Shown here in pieces: positions 49,209 to 61,888 of a stretch of DNA of 64,000 nucleotides. Both the position numbers and the translations under genes were made by a program. The notes beneath the pieces were generated by a model, which was given only the letters and a program-made list of their open reading frames with translations, ran no database searches and had not been told where the DNA came from. The stretch is from Pocillopora damicornis (taxonomy: Eukaryota): assembly GCF_003704095.1 (NCBI RefSeq), contig NW_020846737.1, forward strand, positions 248,001-312,000. The letters run 5' to 3'. The stretch's first letter is position 1, and each line of letters opens with the position of its first letter.

Positions 49209-49369
49209 CTACAGTCCACTTTTTTTCGCATCCTGCACCTCGTACAGTTTCCTTCCCATCTTCCAAACTGGAGCTTTCCTCGCAAACAAGCTCTTCCAGT
49301 TTTCAGTAAGCGTAAGCTGACCCACATTGTAAGGTCTACGTGAAGAATAATGTTCTTGTCTCGACCTAT
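49209..49369 (-). CDS. Candidate terminal exon of a neuropeptide precursor (predicted APVWKM-amide)
   Basis: Acceptor tatgttttcag| at 49370/49369. Translation (Y)RSRQEHYSSRRPYNVGQLTLTENWKSLFARK-APVWKM-GRK-LYEVQDAKKSGL*. A compatible upstream donor |gtaagt at 50527/50526 gives ..PEQQ-Y. AATAAA on the minus strand at 49023-49018. Confidence 0.55.
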
Positions 49370-49537
49370 CTGAAAACATAAGCAGATTAACTATTCTTTT
49401 CTGCGTAAAAGAGGCTTATGGGATATGTGGATAAGCCAAAGATTAAAATTTATTTTAGTTAATGGCGCCGTAAGGATTAAACTTATCCTTAAAGTACAAG
49501 TGCATTAATGATCTCATATTAGCTTTAATACATCTAT

Positions 49538-49920
49538 AACATGAATAAAGGGGGTAATTTTCTAAAAAACTGTGGTGCTGCGTCGGTGGGAGAGTATAAC
49601 AGGGTAATTTAATATTATTGACTAAGTTGATAAAGTAAATTGACCTCCGTAGTAAGTTTAAAAGCTGGAGTTTCGAGTGTTAGTCTGAGCGTCAATCGTC
49701 AACTTCCAATCGCTCTGACGAAGGGCTAAAGCTTTAATCTTACTAGACTTACTGAAGTGGAGCGCTGAACACTCAGGCGGTAATTAAGGAACTGCTTACT
49801 TTGGGTTCGTAAGCTCCACTTGACTAAGATAATGACTTCCGCACAGGTGACGATTCGTCAGTCCCAGTTATCGCCTGATAACAGTCCCTTTTTTAGAGTG
49901 ATTTCACCGGACGATCACGC
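49538..49920. mobile_element. Two decayed Penelope/retrozyme-like repeat fragments
   Basis: Hammerhead-core-like ctctgacgaagggcta (49713-49728, GAAA half missing) and tgact..gatga-like..cgtcagtc (49821-49863), which resembles the 18854 remnant. Confidence 0.45.
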
Positions 49921-50526
49921 TCGCGACAATCCGGCTTCAACAATTTCAAGAGGTTCCCAATGGGGCTACCCGTCAGCCGTAAGACTGCAAAAAAATTAAC
50001 CGTAAAAATTTTCCTTTTCAAAACAATAGAAAGAAATTAACCGTTAGCCGTTAGTCATACTAGCCCTCACGTCATCGAGGCCCTCCTTTAATATTGGGAC
50101 TCTTTTCCCAAAACGCTATTTCTTCGATGATGAAGATGTATGGAATATCACATTGTGTAACTTTTGTCTACAATAAGCCCTGTCAACTTCCTAAGGCTAC
50201 TTTGCCCCTCATTTTGACTAAAAACGTATGTGCTGGCAAAATAGATAATAATCTCTAATAACAATTAATACATCCACAATTAGAGAACAAATGCCCTCCG
50301 GTAGTTTTGGCGGGCGGAAATCATTAGATTAGATTTAAGACGTAATCCATCATGATGACTAGATCACGAGAGTCGCAATTTCTTTTCAGAAGGTTCAAGT
50401 AAAAAGAAAATCGTGCAAGTTTTCTGAGAGTTTTTTAAATGGTAACGTCTTTCTAAATTTATGTTTGATTCACTTTTTTGTTGTTGTCGCTGTTAATATT
50501 GTTTTAACCATCCAGTTGAGACTTAC

Positions 50527-50540
50527 ACTGTTGTTCTGGC
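50527..50540 (-). CDS. Visible 3' end of the upstream exon of the candidate neuropeptide precursor (rest lies in the gap 50541-50739)
   Basis: gccagaacaacagt|gtaagt consensus donor, open in the phase-1 frame required by the exon at 49369. Confidence 0.4.
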
Positions 50541-50739
50541 NNNNNNNNNNNNNNNNNNNNNNNNNNNNNNNNNNNNNNNNNNNNNNNNNNNNNNNNNNNN
50601 NNNNNNNNNNNNNNNNNNNNNNNNNNNNNNNNNNNNNNNNNNNNNNNNNNNNNNNNNNNNNNNNNNNNNNNNNNNNNNNNNNNNNNNNNNNNNNNNNNNN
50701 NNNNNNNNNNNNNNNNNNNNNNNNNNNNNNNNNNNNNNN
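50541..50739. other. Assembly gap overlapping a putative exon
   Basis: N run beginning 14 nt from a minus-strand splice donor. Confidence 0.99.
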
Positions 50740-53700
50740 TTGTATCCTATTGATTTATTTTTTTAGAAATATTCTTAATACTTAGAGTAAGAGAAAACAA
50801 TGGGACATTATTTTCACTTATCACAGTCTAATGCACACCTGATGATAGGGCCTCGACATGATCTCGAGCAACTCAGAATTTCAGGTTTTTTCGACATCAT
50901 TGTAGGTTTGTTTGGCGACTAATATTTGAACTGTAATGTTATCCTCTTATGTATTAAGATGGCACACCATAAATCAACAAATCCCTTTCATAAATATTTA
51001 CACTCATTTCAGGGCACTGATTTGTATGCGTCAAAACATTTCCTGAGCATTTTCACCTTGTCATTTCTTCGATTGATCACGCACATGTTTCAGTCCTTCA
51101 GACAGCGCACGAAAAAATGTAAATAACACATAAATGTGCACTTGTTTATATTTCATGTTTGCAAGGAAAACAACAAGCAGAAAAAACAAAAATTTCAATA
51201 AGTTCGTGCTTGATCACGCCGGCAAGATGTTCTTTCAAGTGACATTATTAAGTGTGCGCCAAATATCTGACGTCTATTAGCGATTCAAAAATTAACATCA
51301 AAAGGTCCGCCTGAGGATTCTGGGCTTTATATATATTTTTTTAAATTGACAAATTCCAGGTTCAATCTAAAATGCTCAAGGTTTCTTTACAAGGCATCAA
51401 CTATCTTTTTTTTCACGATTGTACACGAAAAAAAAAAAAAAACTGCACAAATGTGTCTGATATCTGTACAGGGGGAACATAAAGTTTTACACAGACAGCG
51501 AACTGGTGCTTCAACACACAAACAGTGCACCTTCTTACAAATGAAATGGAATGAAATTTATCATTATCATTCACAAGACACAGATATCTGAAGCACTTTT
51601 CTGAGCTCTTTCTATTGCACTGATTGGATGCAGAATATGGGCCGATCACGACAACCTCTTGATCAGCAGTATTAGCTTTTTCATTATTCCCACCTTTTAT
51701 CATACAGTTTGTGGGGCTTTTTAGGATGAACGGACCCGCATAGAGAGTACTGACTTTATTGAGAGCAAAATATTGAGTGATGCAAATGCTGCCCACAATG
51801 CTTGTCTATGAGAAGTAACAGTTGGTAACTTAAACCAGCATGAATCCGACCTAAACTTGGCCGTCATTGCATAGGGAACACTGATTACATCTAGAACGAG
51901 TATCACGGTTGTTTTAAAAAACAATAGTTGTGTATGAGAAATAACAGTTCTTGGCGTGTGCAACAATCATTTTATAACTCGATGTATAACTCCCGTATGT
52001 TTAGACTATCTCTATGTGGTTTCAAATGAGAGACGATAAGATTTTTAAGCAGTAAATATCATATTTAATCACTGAACGAATTGAGAAAGTGATAGTTATT
52101 GCAATATAACAGATAGCATCAAATTCACATTTGCACAAAACTCAGTTGATAAGTTGACAAGGTTTTGTGTAATAGTAACATTCTTATCGATCTCTCTTTG
52201 CTGTCAAATCTCCAGGTCGAGCTGTGTTCAAATCTTTATGTTCTCTTGGTTATTTATATTTTTTTTTCGGAGAGGCTATTAACTCCCACAATGCCCTTTT
52301 CCTCGATGGAAGCTCTTTTTAATGAATAACAGAAGAGCGAAGAGCGAAAAGAGATGAAGGCAAGACAGGTTATATTACTTTTTCTCATTCACATGTTAAA
52401 CACACGTTTTATTTCGCTCCTTGCCTGCTTGCTGATAGAACCTAGGAAGGGAATGGTAGTCTAATCTCATATGTAGACGCAACGTTTAACAAAACGTTTT
52501 CGCTTGAGTGGACTGACAAAAAAAGATCCAGGTCGTTAACCTTTCTTGCTGGTAGGTGTTGGTTTTTGGCAAAACATTTCGTACATATAGTGAGAAGTTT
52601 TCCATGTTGCAATGCCCGCATTAGTGAGTTGTTCGAATTTCATAAGGGAAGCATGTTCCCCAAGCAGGTGTCTCTACATACTTCAACTTAGCGTATCAGT
52701 TCTTGCAAAAGACTATAAACTGTTTTATAAATAATCTCTTGGCTCTTGACTTGGAACAAAATGTCAAGAAAAAATATGCTCGCTTGAATGTAATAAGGGT
52801 AAGGCAATTTTTAACGGATTCTCTTGAGCAATGCGGGGTTACAGTGCTTTGTCAGTCAAACTCACACCACTAGGCCTGTCCCGATTGTCTTCATAAAACG
52901 CTGAAAAGTTGCTTATTGGAATGCCAAAACGTTGCTAAAAATCCAAAAGTGTGGCACCTTAATTTTAAAAGTTACCATCTAGATTTCTTGATATTTTTGT
53001 ATAAAATTTAAGTAAAAGCTTTATTTTTCGTTCTTCAAAATAATTACTAACATCAGTCAAAAAAAAAGAGAGATTGTTATAAATTCCTGCTGCTCAAAGA
53101 GAACAGATGTCTGATGCTGCTAATTTTGATTCTTTCTAACATCATCTCAGACAGTATTAAATTCCTTATTAATAAATTCAAAGTATATTTTTATGTTAAT
53201 CAACTTTTCCATCAGCGATAATCATTCTGCGACTTGTTTTTATTCAACTTGAATACAGCTTTTTGATATTGTGTCCCAATGTTACACTACAGTGCATCGT
53301 ATTTTGTTCATATTTAAAAGTGCATTTTCATAGCTCGAGTACCGAAACACAATTTCTTGGCTAACACTTGATAGTCTCTTTCAAATTGCAATTTTTCGAG
53401 AAGCCGGTGAAAAATTTGTCTTCGTAAATATATCTAATGCATCCTTTTTGCTTATTTGTGTCAGAATAGCAGTTAATCGTATTATACAGCGATATGATTT
53501 AGCTTCATTGTGTCTGCGTCAAATCTACCATTCAGTATGAAAAGATAAAGACATTTTCGGTTAATTATGCAATACGAATTTATGGAACTGAATGCACTGA
53601 ATTTTTATGCTTCCATATCTAAAAAAAAAAAAAAAAAATTGATGTATAATTTTTCTCTTCTCTTATTTCTGTTCATATTATCAGAGTGCTGTCGGATCAC

Positions 53701-56700
53701 AATTTTGGTTCGTGCTGATCTCGAAAAAAAATTCGCCAATTCTATTAAAGTTCGTCTTGTTGAGTCCTCTGTAATTTTCTCCATCATTGTTTCTTTATGA
53801 TTAATCATTGCCTCCCGTTTAGATCATCTACGCTCAAAACAATTTAGCCTCAATCAATTTGAAGGAGGTTTCGAGGAAGATAACAATTAAACTTCCAAGT
53901 TTTCTTTACTATCTTCTATACGCTTCTCATGTATGTTTCTTTTACTGACGAACTCAGTGGTGATTCAATTTCTTCCATATTATATTTTTCCTTTCATCCC
54001 ATCATCACCTGTCTGTTAGACAGTGAATTGATCCTGTAAGGAGAAATTATTTCTTGGTCAAGAGAGTTGATCATTGCAACGAAGCTCCTTCAAAGATTTG
54101 GCGATGATTGCCAAACTGAATCTCTCCCACTGTAGCTGGCTAGTTGACGCTTGCTAAGTCGCTTTTATGAAACTCGCCGAGCCCCTTACCATCCAAATGG
54201 CGTAAAATATTTTTTTTCTCGAGTAATTTTGAAAAACTATTTTACATGCAAAAGGCAAAATCCATGAATTCAGAATGTTCGAGAAAATATGCTTGGTGTC
54301 CATACACAACGTCCTGTTTCCTGCGGAAGTCGAACCCATCAGACTCCGTACTACCACCAGATGCGATAAGGCTCTAAACGTGCGCAGGAAATTGCAAGAA
54401 AACAATTATTGCTGCTAATTTTTGGACATAAGCTTGTTTGTTCTATCTCCTTTCCTCCTTTTTTCCTCTGAGGAAGTTTAAGATGATCAAAACAGGTGTT
54501 TTGAAACCCACACAAAAGTAGTTAAGTAACAAAAATTAATCAAACAAAAAGCCAAAAGACACACTTTCTTCCCGTTTGCGTACGTCAGAATTCTCTACTT
54601 TTAATTTCGAGTCACATGCAGCATTTGTTGCATTATCCAATATTAGAAATCTTCTCATGCGAGCTTATTCATGACATGTCAAGAGCTGTCAGATATGATG
54701 CAGGCGTTTCTATATTTGTACGCTTAGCTCTTCCTTCTTCGTCAGAGAGTCATAAAGATGGCATCAATTTTGAAAACCTCCTCTTCCCTTAAAGGATACA
54801 CAATCTGGAAATGCTCGTGTTTCGGCTGCTAATAATAGTACGTAAGACATATTCCCCTGTTCACCAATAACACCACTGAATGACCGCTCTGTGTTCCTTA
54901 CAAATCGAAAGAATCATGGGGAAGAGGCAAAAATTCGCGATCATTTTCAGAAGCGCTTTAGGCATCTTGAGCTAAGTTTTGATCATTGCTTATTTCTCCC
55001 CCACCAGGATTCTCCTGCCATCTCCTACGCTTTCCTATTCTGCTTTCGTTGACTTTTTCCCAAGGACCTTCAATTCATATCATTCTTTCACGTCAACCAC
55101 TTGTGACTGTCATTTGTGCAAAATAATTATTTTCTTCCCTCGCCATAATTACCCCGATGTGTCCAACGCCAATAAATATATTTTAATTTTTAAAAATAAA
55201 AAAAGCAACATGGTCTTTTTTCAACCTTTGCCAAAAGTCTCGAAACGTGACTGTTTCAAGAATGTGATGAAAAATAGACTCCTATAGAAAATAATGACGG
55301 CTTGGAAAGAGAAACATGTAATATCCTGTCAAGTTGGCCCGAATGTGCTCGGTCTGATTTCATAACATTGTCGTTTCGTAAACGGATTATGAGTCTACAA
55401 AACTTCATGTCTACGCGATCTTTAAGAGTTTCCTTAGGCTGCCATCTAAGGTAGCATTTTCTGTCATTAGTGATTTCCACCCTGAAGTCTCGAGGTTACA
55501 TGATTCTGTAAGAATATCACTTTTGTTTTCTTTCGTTTTGTTTTTAAATCTGTCGTGCGTTCGGGAATCACCGATGAAGGCATGACGTCGAAAGATCGAA
55601 AGCTTTTCAAAATTTCCCCCTCAGATATCAGAAGTACACCATTAATTTGTAACATGGCACTCGCATCTTTTAGTTTGAGCTTGACTGATTTATTTTAGCC
55701 TCGCTAAAATGATGATAAACGTAAATTTTAAGGAGCGTTTAGAAGTTAAGGTCCAGTGAGCCGACCAAAAATGAAAACGAAGGACGAAATTTAATGAAAG
55801 TAACTGTTTATTTATGCCACACTAATGCCCAAGGCATTAGTTCTGATTAAATCCTCAAAGAAGTGGAGCTATTTCTGTGACACTTGGTAGCTCAATTAAC
55901 TCCCCTGAAAAAAGATTAAAAATTTATCGACTAGAAATAAGTTATGTTCATGATGTGCTTCGACTTCACTTTTATCTGTATTTGAATTTCTGTAAAAGAA
56001 GCGTGGGCCAGTTAGTTTTCTTTACGCAATTACGATGGCATCTGTACTTCTGTGACGAAGATGTTCTCAAAGAAACCCACGTATTTTTTTTGCAAATAAG
56101 AACTGAACAATTTCTTGTTTCGATTGAAGTGGTCAGATTAAGAAAAGTGACAAGAATTATTTGTTTTTATGGAAATTGTATTTTTTGCCCACGCTCCGCG
56201 CGCATCAACTAAAGTCAGCGCTTTCGCCGTATGACGAAATTGTATTTTCGTATTTTTTTCATACTTTGCCAGAGTTAATTTCATCAGTGACTAATATTTT
56301 CGCGGAAATTACCGGAGCAGCTGGGAGTTCAGACAAAAATGTTTACACAGTACAAAACTTCTGAAAGTCATGGGAAAAGTAAGAGAAGAGTTGGTGCTAA
56401 ACCAAAGGTTTACTCGTAGTCTGATAATAAAGTTTAAGGTTTAATATTTGTATAGTGGTTCATTTCTTTAACGCCTTGTCGGGGCAAGCGAACAAGCGTA
56501 AATTACAGGCAATATTTAAAGTGTCTATTTTAGTCTCTCTTGAAGTTCAAAATAGCTTAAACACCTTCATTTATCTTGCAATGGGTATCTACATTTCATA
56601 AAGCTTCCTCACATGAACAACCGCTTCCCGTTTCCAATTCGCTATTAACGCAATGACTAAACAATCAATTTTCGGTGTGTGAAAGGTAGAACAATTTCGC

Positions 56701-57694
56701 TTCTTCCTTCCAAAAAAGTAAAACAACTCTCAGGTAAAAGATATCAAAAATATAATTGTAACTCTGTTACGTTTTATTGTCAGTTCTCTTTAGAATTAAT
56801 TTGAATGTTTGCCTTTAAAGATTGACTTGAGTTAAGTTGATTTAATCTGTGCCTTGAAATCGTAGCGAGAAGCCTAAGCTGTCTATTTTATCTTACAATA
56901 AATTTGACCGAACATACTTCTCTAGCTTGCAAAATTCACATCATGTGCTTCTCACACCTTGTGCACGTGGTTAAACATGAGACATTTCTGCCGACATTTT
57001 AAGGCATCGTGTGATTTTACTGAAAGCATTCTCGCTGTTCTTAATTCTTTGATGGCTGAAAACGGATGCAAAGAACAGCGCACGTCGTTTCAAAGATATT
57101 TGATTAAATTTGAAACGCTAAACGACGACAATACACGAAAGGGTTTCTCAGATTTTAGGTTTTCATTGCTGGTAGCTTTGAGGTGACTATGGCATGAAGT
57201 TCCTTGAAAAACTGGAAATGATCAAGACAATAGTTCGAAACTAAAACGTTCTCCACGTGTGAAACAAATACTGGTACATCAGCATAATAAGAACCGGTTC
57301 AAAACTAGTAGAATAGCCCGTAGCTGATTTCACAATGTTGCTATTTTGGTTTCATACGTGTTCTTTTTCTCATACAACGCTTTCAGCCAAGTCAGCCGAT
57401 TTCATCTCACTTGGAAGTGTTTCGTGACGTCAGGTGGACAGATTAACTTTGATAACACGTTGAAATAGCGTTAGTGAGCAATTTAAAACAGAGTCGGTGG
57501 TCAGACTCAACCATTCTCTCTCAACGACAATACTACGCGGGTTTTCTGCATATGTTTTAATTTAACGCCTTTGAGAGAAGTGAGAAAGGCCAATTACACC
57601 TTCGGGAAGCGATAAAAAGCGATTTCGCAGCCCATAGGATCTAGGTGCTATGACGTAATTCGTGATTGTTTTGGTTAATATTACGGGATGGACA

Positions 57695-59596
57695 ATGAAT
57701 GAAATTCGAATTCCCTCGGGCCGAGTAAATATTGAATTTCCAGCCGAGACGGCAATGGACGTAAATGGAGAGATGGCTGAAGCACTGTCCACGGTGGGAA
57801 ACAGCGACAATTCACCGCCAGTTGATGGCATTTTCGCTGCCGAATGTATCTTGAAAAAACGAACCCGAAAGGTAAGAAATCTGCTGTCGAAACCGTATCA
57901 TATTTGTGTTGATTTTCGCCAGAAGTGCTTCCCTAAATGTGAATTTTCTGCCTGTGTTTTTTTGACAGGGTAAAATCGAGTACTTGGTGAAGTGGAAGGG
58001 ATGGTCTGCAAAGTAAGAACAATTTTGCATCGACAGTAAAATTATTTTACAGCTACAGAATGATAAGAATATTTTGTTGAATTTTACAGACACAACACCT
58101 GGGAGCCGGCCGATAATATCCTTGACGCTCGACTGCTTTTGGCGTATGAAAACAGGTAGAGTCAGAGCGTGAACGAGAATGTCGTAATTTCAGAGCTTTC
58201 CATCTGATTATGCAGCGCTTAGAGTTTCGCATCTGGATGACGCGTTTGGTTTTTATTTGCATCTTTTAAAATTTTAGCCGAAGACGAAGAGGAAAACGCT
58301 CAAGGTGGCAGCGAGGGATTGCAACAACTTCTAACAAAAAGCCGAGAATCGAAACGGTTAGTGTTGACGTCTCTTTGTATGGAAGAATATTGCAATTTAA
58401 ATACGTTAAACGTCGATTGCGACAACTCGCGCGCCAATAAACATCGTAAAATAAACGTTGTGGCCAGATCAAGCATGTTTTAACTTGTCATTGTCCAATG
58501 TAGAAATATTATTTATTACGATACTTGTTTGTAATTTCAGGGTCCAAATTTCCTCATGAGAGGCGATGCGAATTCACTGGATTGGGATGGCATTGAAGAC
58601 GAAGACTGCAGAGGAAGCTTGCATGAAAGCGACAGCAGTGATTCTAGTTTTGTTGGTGATGATGCTGCAAGCAACGAATTTGAATTCAATGGCACTGAAG
58701 TTAATCCGCCAGCGTGTTTGCATTCTCCAAATCAAGTTCTTGGCCCGGATTTAAGTTTATCAAGCTCGGATGCAGCACCGCGCTTACAGAGCACCCAAAC
58801 AGGAAAACCTCTGGGAAACCACAAAATGACAACACTCAACGTTAATGACGCGGGAAGTTCTCGGGAAAAATACACCAATGATTCCAACTCTGAGCTTCCG
58901 AATGGGCCGATTTCTGGAGAAGTAGAGGAGGATTTCTCCCTGAGCAAAGCTGCTATCCCTCAGGAGACGAAATTAAAGATCAATTCGGAAGGATTAAACG
59001 GTAATGATGAAAAAGGCTCTCTCTGGGGTAGTACATCCGGTAAACCATGGCGTGAAGCCGTGAAAGTTCCCGATAAGATTTATCTCGACTCAGCAGAACG
59101 TGAAATCACGAAAACAGCTTCACAGAAACGTCGAGACGGCATAAGCGATGCTGAAACTGGCAGCAACGGGGAATTGAAACAAATGACAATGAAATTGAAC
59201 GGCGAGAACTTTGTCAATGCATGCTCCGTTACGGCGGACTTTGACAAAGGCAACCACGCAAAATCTAGCAAGTCAGGCAAAATTTTTCGCGGTGAAGGCG
59301 GCCAGAATCAGACTGCTACAGCCATCAGTGGCTCCGATGGATTTTATAGAAGTTTTCCATCGCAAAATAAACAGCGCCGAAACGGAGAGTTGCTTGTCTC
59401 GGAGATGACGGAAAATACATATGCTTCTCGCGCTTGCCTACCAAGCGAGAATGAACACTCCACAAAATCTACGCCAATTGAAAGCTGGAGGAAGCCTTTG
59501 ATTGACCAGATCTTCATTACTGATGTAACATCAAACTTTGTTACAGTTACGGTGAAAGAGTGTTTAACTGATAAAGGGTTCTTTCGGCAAAGGTGA
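57695..59596 (+). CDS. CBX: Polycomb (Pc)/CBX2-4-6-7-8 family chromobox protein, canonical PRC1 subunit
   Basis: Exons 57695(or 57755)-57871, 57969-58012, 58090-58155, 58278-58356, 58541-59596 splice in frame. Chromodomain [50 protein letters not shown] with intact F/W/W cage; basic RRRRGKR segment; C-terminal Pc box [36 protein letters not shown]. Confidence 0.95.
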
Positions 59597-61624
59597 AACG
59601 CAGATATCATGAATCCGCTTGTCAGCTAAAACTACTACCAGCCAGCGAGAGTTTCATTTCCCAGTGCATCTGTTCACAGACGTGGATGTGTATACAGTTG
59701 TCAACAATTTTACGGTCGCTTGATGACCTTTGCGCCATGCTAATGGATCATTTGAGCATGGATTGAGCGTTCTTACATTCAGTTCGTTACCTTACAATAG
59801 GCTAGAAGAGTAAAAACAACGAAACCTTTGCAACATCTTTGACGTCGCGTGTCGTAACTGTTCCGAAATTGACTAGATTCATTCCCACGGTAGCTTTGAA
59901 GTTGTACGAGTTCATTGTTGGGTTTTTCTGTTGGATTTGTGGTTGTCGTTTTGATTAAATCTAACTTATAAAGCAAGCATCAATGCTTAAATCAAAACAT
60001 AGGGGCCACGATTAAACACATATGCGATGTCTGCCAGCTTATTGAAACATCGGGAAATCAACAACCACGTCTTCTCGAGACCCCACAAAAAAACAAATTG
60101 AGTTAGATCAAACTACAGGTAAACTGAAAGTTTAGTTGTAAATTCTACAACGCTGTAAATAAAACTGTTCTCCCGCTGGCACGAGCTCTCAGTCGTCGAT
60201 GATCACAAAGGATCCGAACTGTGAGCAAACTAAGTTGTTCTCATTTACATCAACCAGCAGAAATATGGGGAGGAAATTTTGAGATCTTTTCCATAAAGCA
60301 AAGTTTTATCCTTAGTCCACTACAGTTCACACATACGTGTTTGGAGTGAACATTGTTTGTTAAGCCACGAAGCCGGCATTATGAGTTTTTTTTAAATAAA
60401 AACATAGGATAAACCAGCAAAGAAAAACGGCGAAAAATTAAAGTAGCGTATATGATCTTAGCTTCGCGAATGAAGACTTGAAATCGTCATTGACAGCGTT
60501 ATTAAAAACGCCATACTTTGTAATGAAAACAAGTAAATTGAAGATTGTTAGATATTTCCAGAATGCACTTAATCCTCGATTTGAAATCTTACGAATTTTT
60601 TGATAAGCCATACAGAATTATTCGATACGTGTCTTGTTGAATATTTCAGTCGGGGAGATTAAATAAAACTGCCTACATGTGTGGGCGCTATGTGTAGGTC
60701 CAAAGCGGCCGTTGAGTTAAAGTTGTGTACAGAAGACGTGTATTAACCGAAATAAAAGTTAACATTAAATGCTACTTTCATTGTGGATCTTTTTGCTCTA
60801 TCGTCGCCGTAATTGTAAATGCACAGGCTTCTCCGATGGGTTTTGGAAACCCATCGTAGAAGCCTGTGCATTTATTGGTGCCGACGTGGTTTTCCTAGTA
60901 TCGACGTAAAATATTTTCGTTTGAAGAAACGACAGCAATTTACGAAGCTTCTTGCTAGCAATAAATACGAATTAACTTTTCACTTCATCCACCGGATAAA
61001 AGGAAAAGTGGCGACGGTATTTCAGAGTTAATTTACGAAATTTCCATTTGGCTAGCTCATGGATGTTACAACTTCACTCGGGCAACTCGAGTAAAAGACA
61101 ACAATGTTTACATGCACACGTTGGGTATTTGCAATTATTCGAAATAATAAATCAAGCTTGCTTTTATTACAAATTGTCAAGGACTCCTGTGTAGGTTGAA
61201 TATCGTCGTGATGCGTGCGTAAGTCTAGCGTCAAGGATGTTAATTTTACAGAAATAATTGACTGAAAATAATATTCTTAAAATAGGCCGCTTCGATGTGA
61301 ATACTTGCCACGCAGGCTGAACGTAAAAAAATAGTTCTTGTTTTCGAGGTGCGATTTCGAAATCAGTCATGTCATGAAATATTCAATTCTCTCCACTTAG
61401 GTAGTTGTTGGCCAGAATAAGACAACTGCTTTGATAAACACTGATAAAAAAGCACTTCTATTAAAATAGTACGTGTTAAACGACAAAAGCTTGGCGCAAA
61501 AGTGCACTTTGAATTGGTATAGAAATTTTGCATTTTGTGCAAACGAAAATCGCACGGAAACAAAAAACTGCACGATGAATGAATATCGAGAGAAGCAGCT
61601 TTTTTTTATATAAAATTTAAGTAG

Positions 61625-61888
61625 GATTCTTTATCTTATCGAGTTTAACTGAACGAAAAACCTCTTTAAGTCTCAGGCGTTTTTCATCCTAGATTTCCAA
61701 TAATAAAACTTGATATTGAGATAACGTCACAATTCATTGTCAAAACTGTTACATAAACCTCGATTAAAATTCTCTACCTCATCGAGTTCAAATGAAGGAA
61801 GAATCTTTTTATGTCTCGGGCGTTCTTCATCCTAGATTTTCCAATAAAAAAAACTTGACATTGAGATAACGTTACAGCTCATCGTCAA
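61625..61888. repeat. Diverged direct duplication (~120-bp unit, ~145-bp period)
   Basis: atcgagtt...gtctc(a/g)ggcgtt(t/c)ttcatcctagattt..ccaataa..aaacttga(t/c)attgagataacgt(c/t)aca occurs twice. Confidence 0.8.

Noticed and set aside
50836-50870. ctgatga hammerhead-like core
   Set aside because: No GAAA or closing stems.
54958-55075. Minus-strand frame GPWEKVNESRI-GKRRR resembling an RIamide cassette
   Set aside because: No polypyrimidine acceptor, an in-frame stop just upstream and no N-terminal cleavage site; likely chance in purine-rich DNA.
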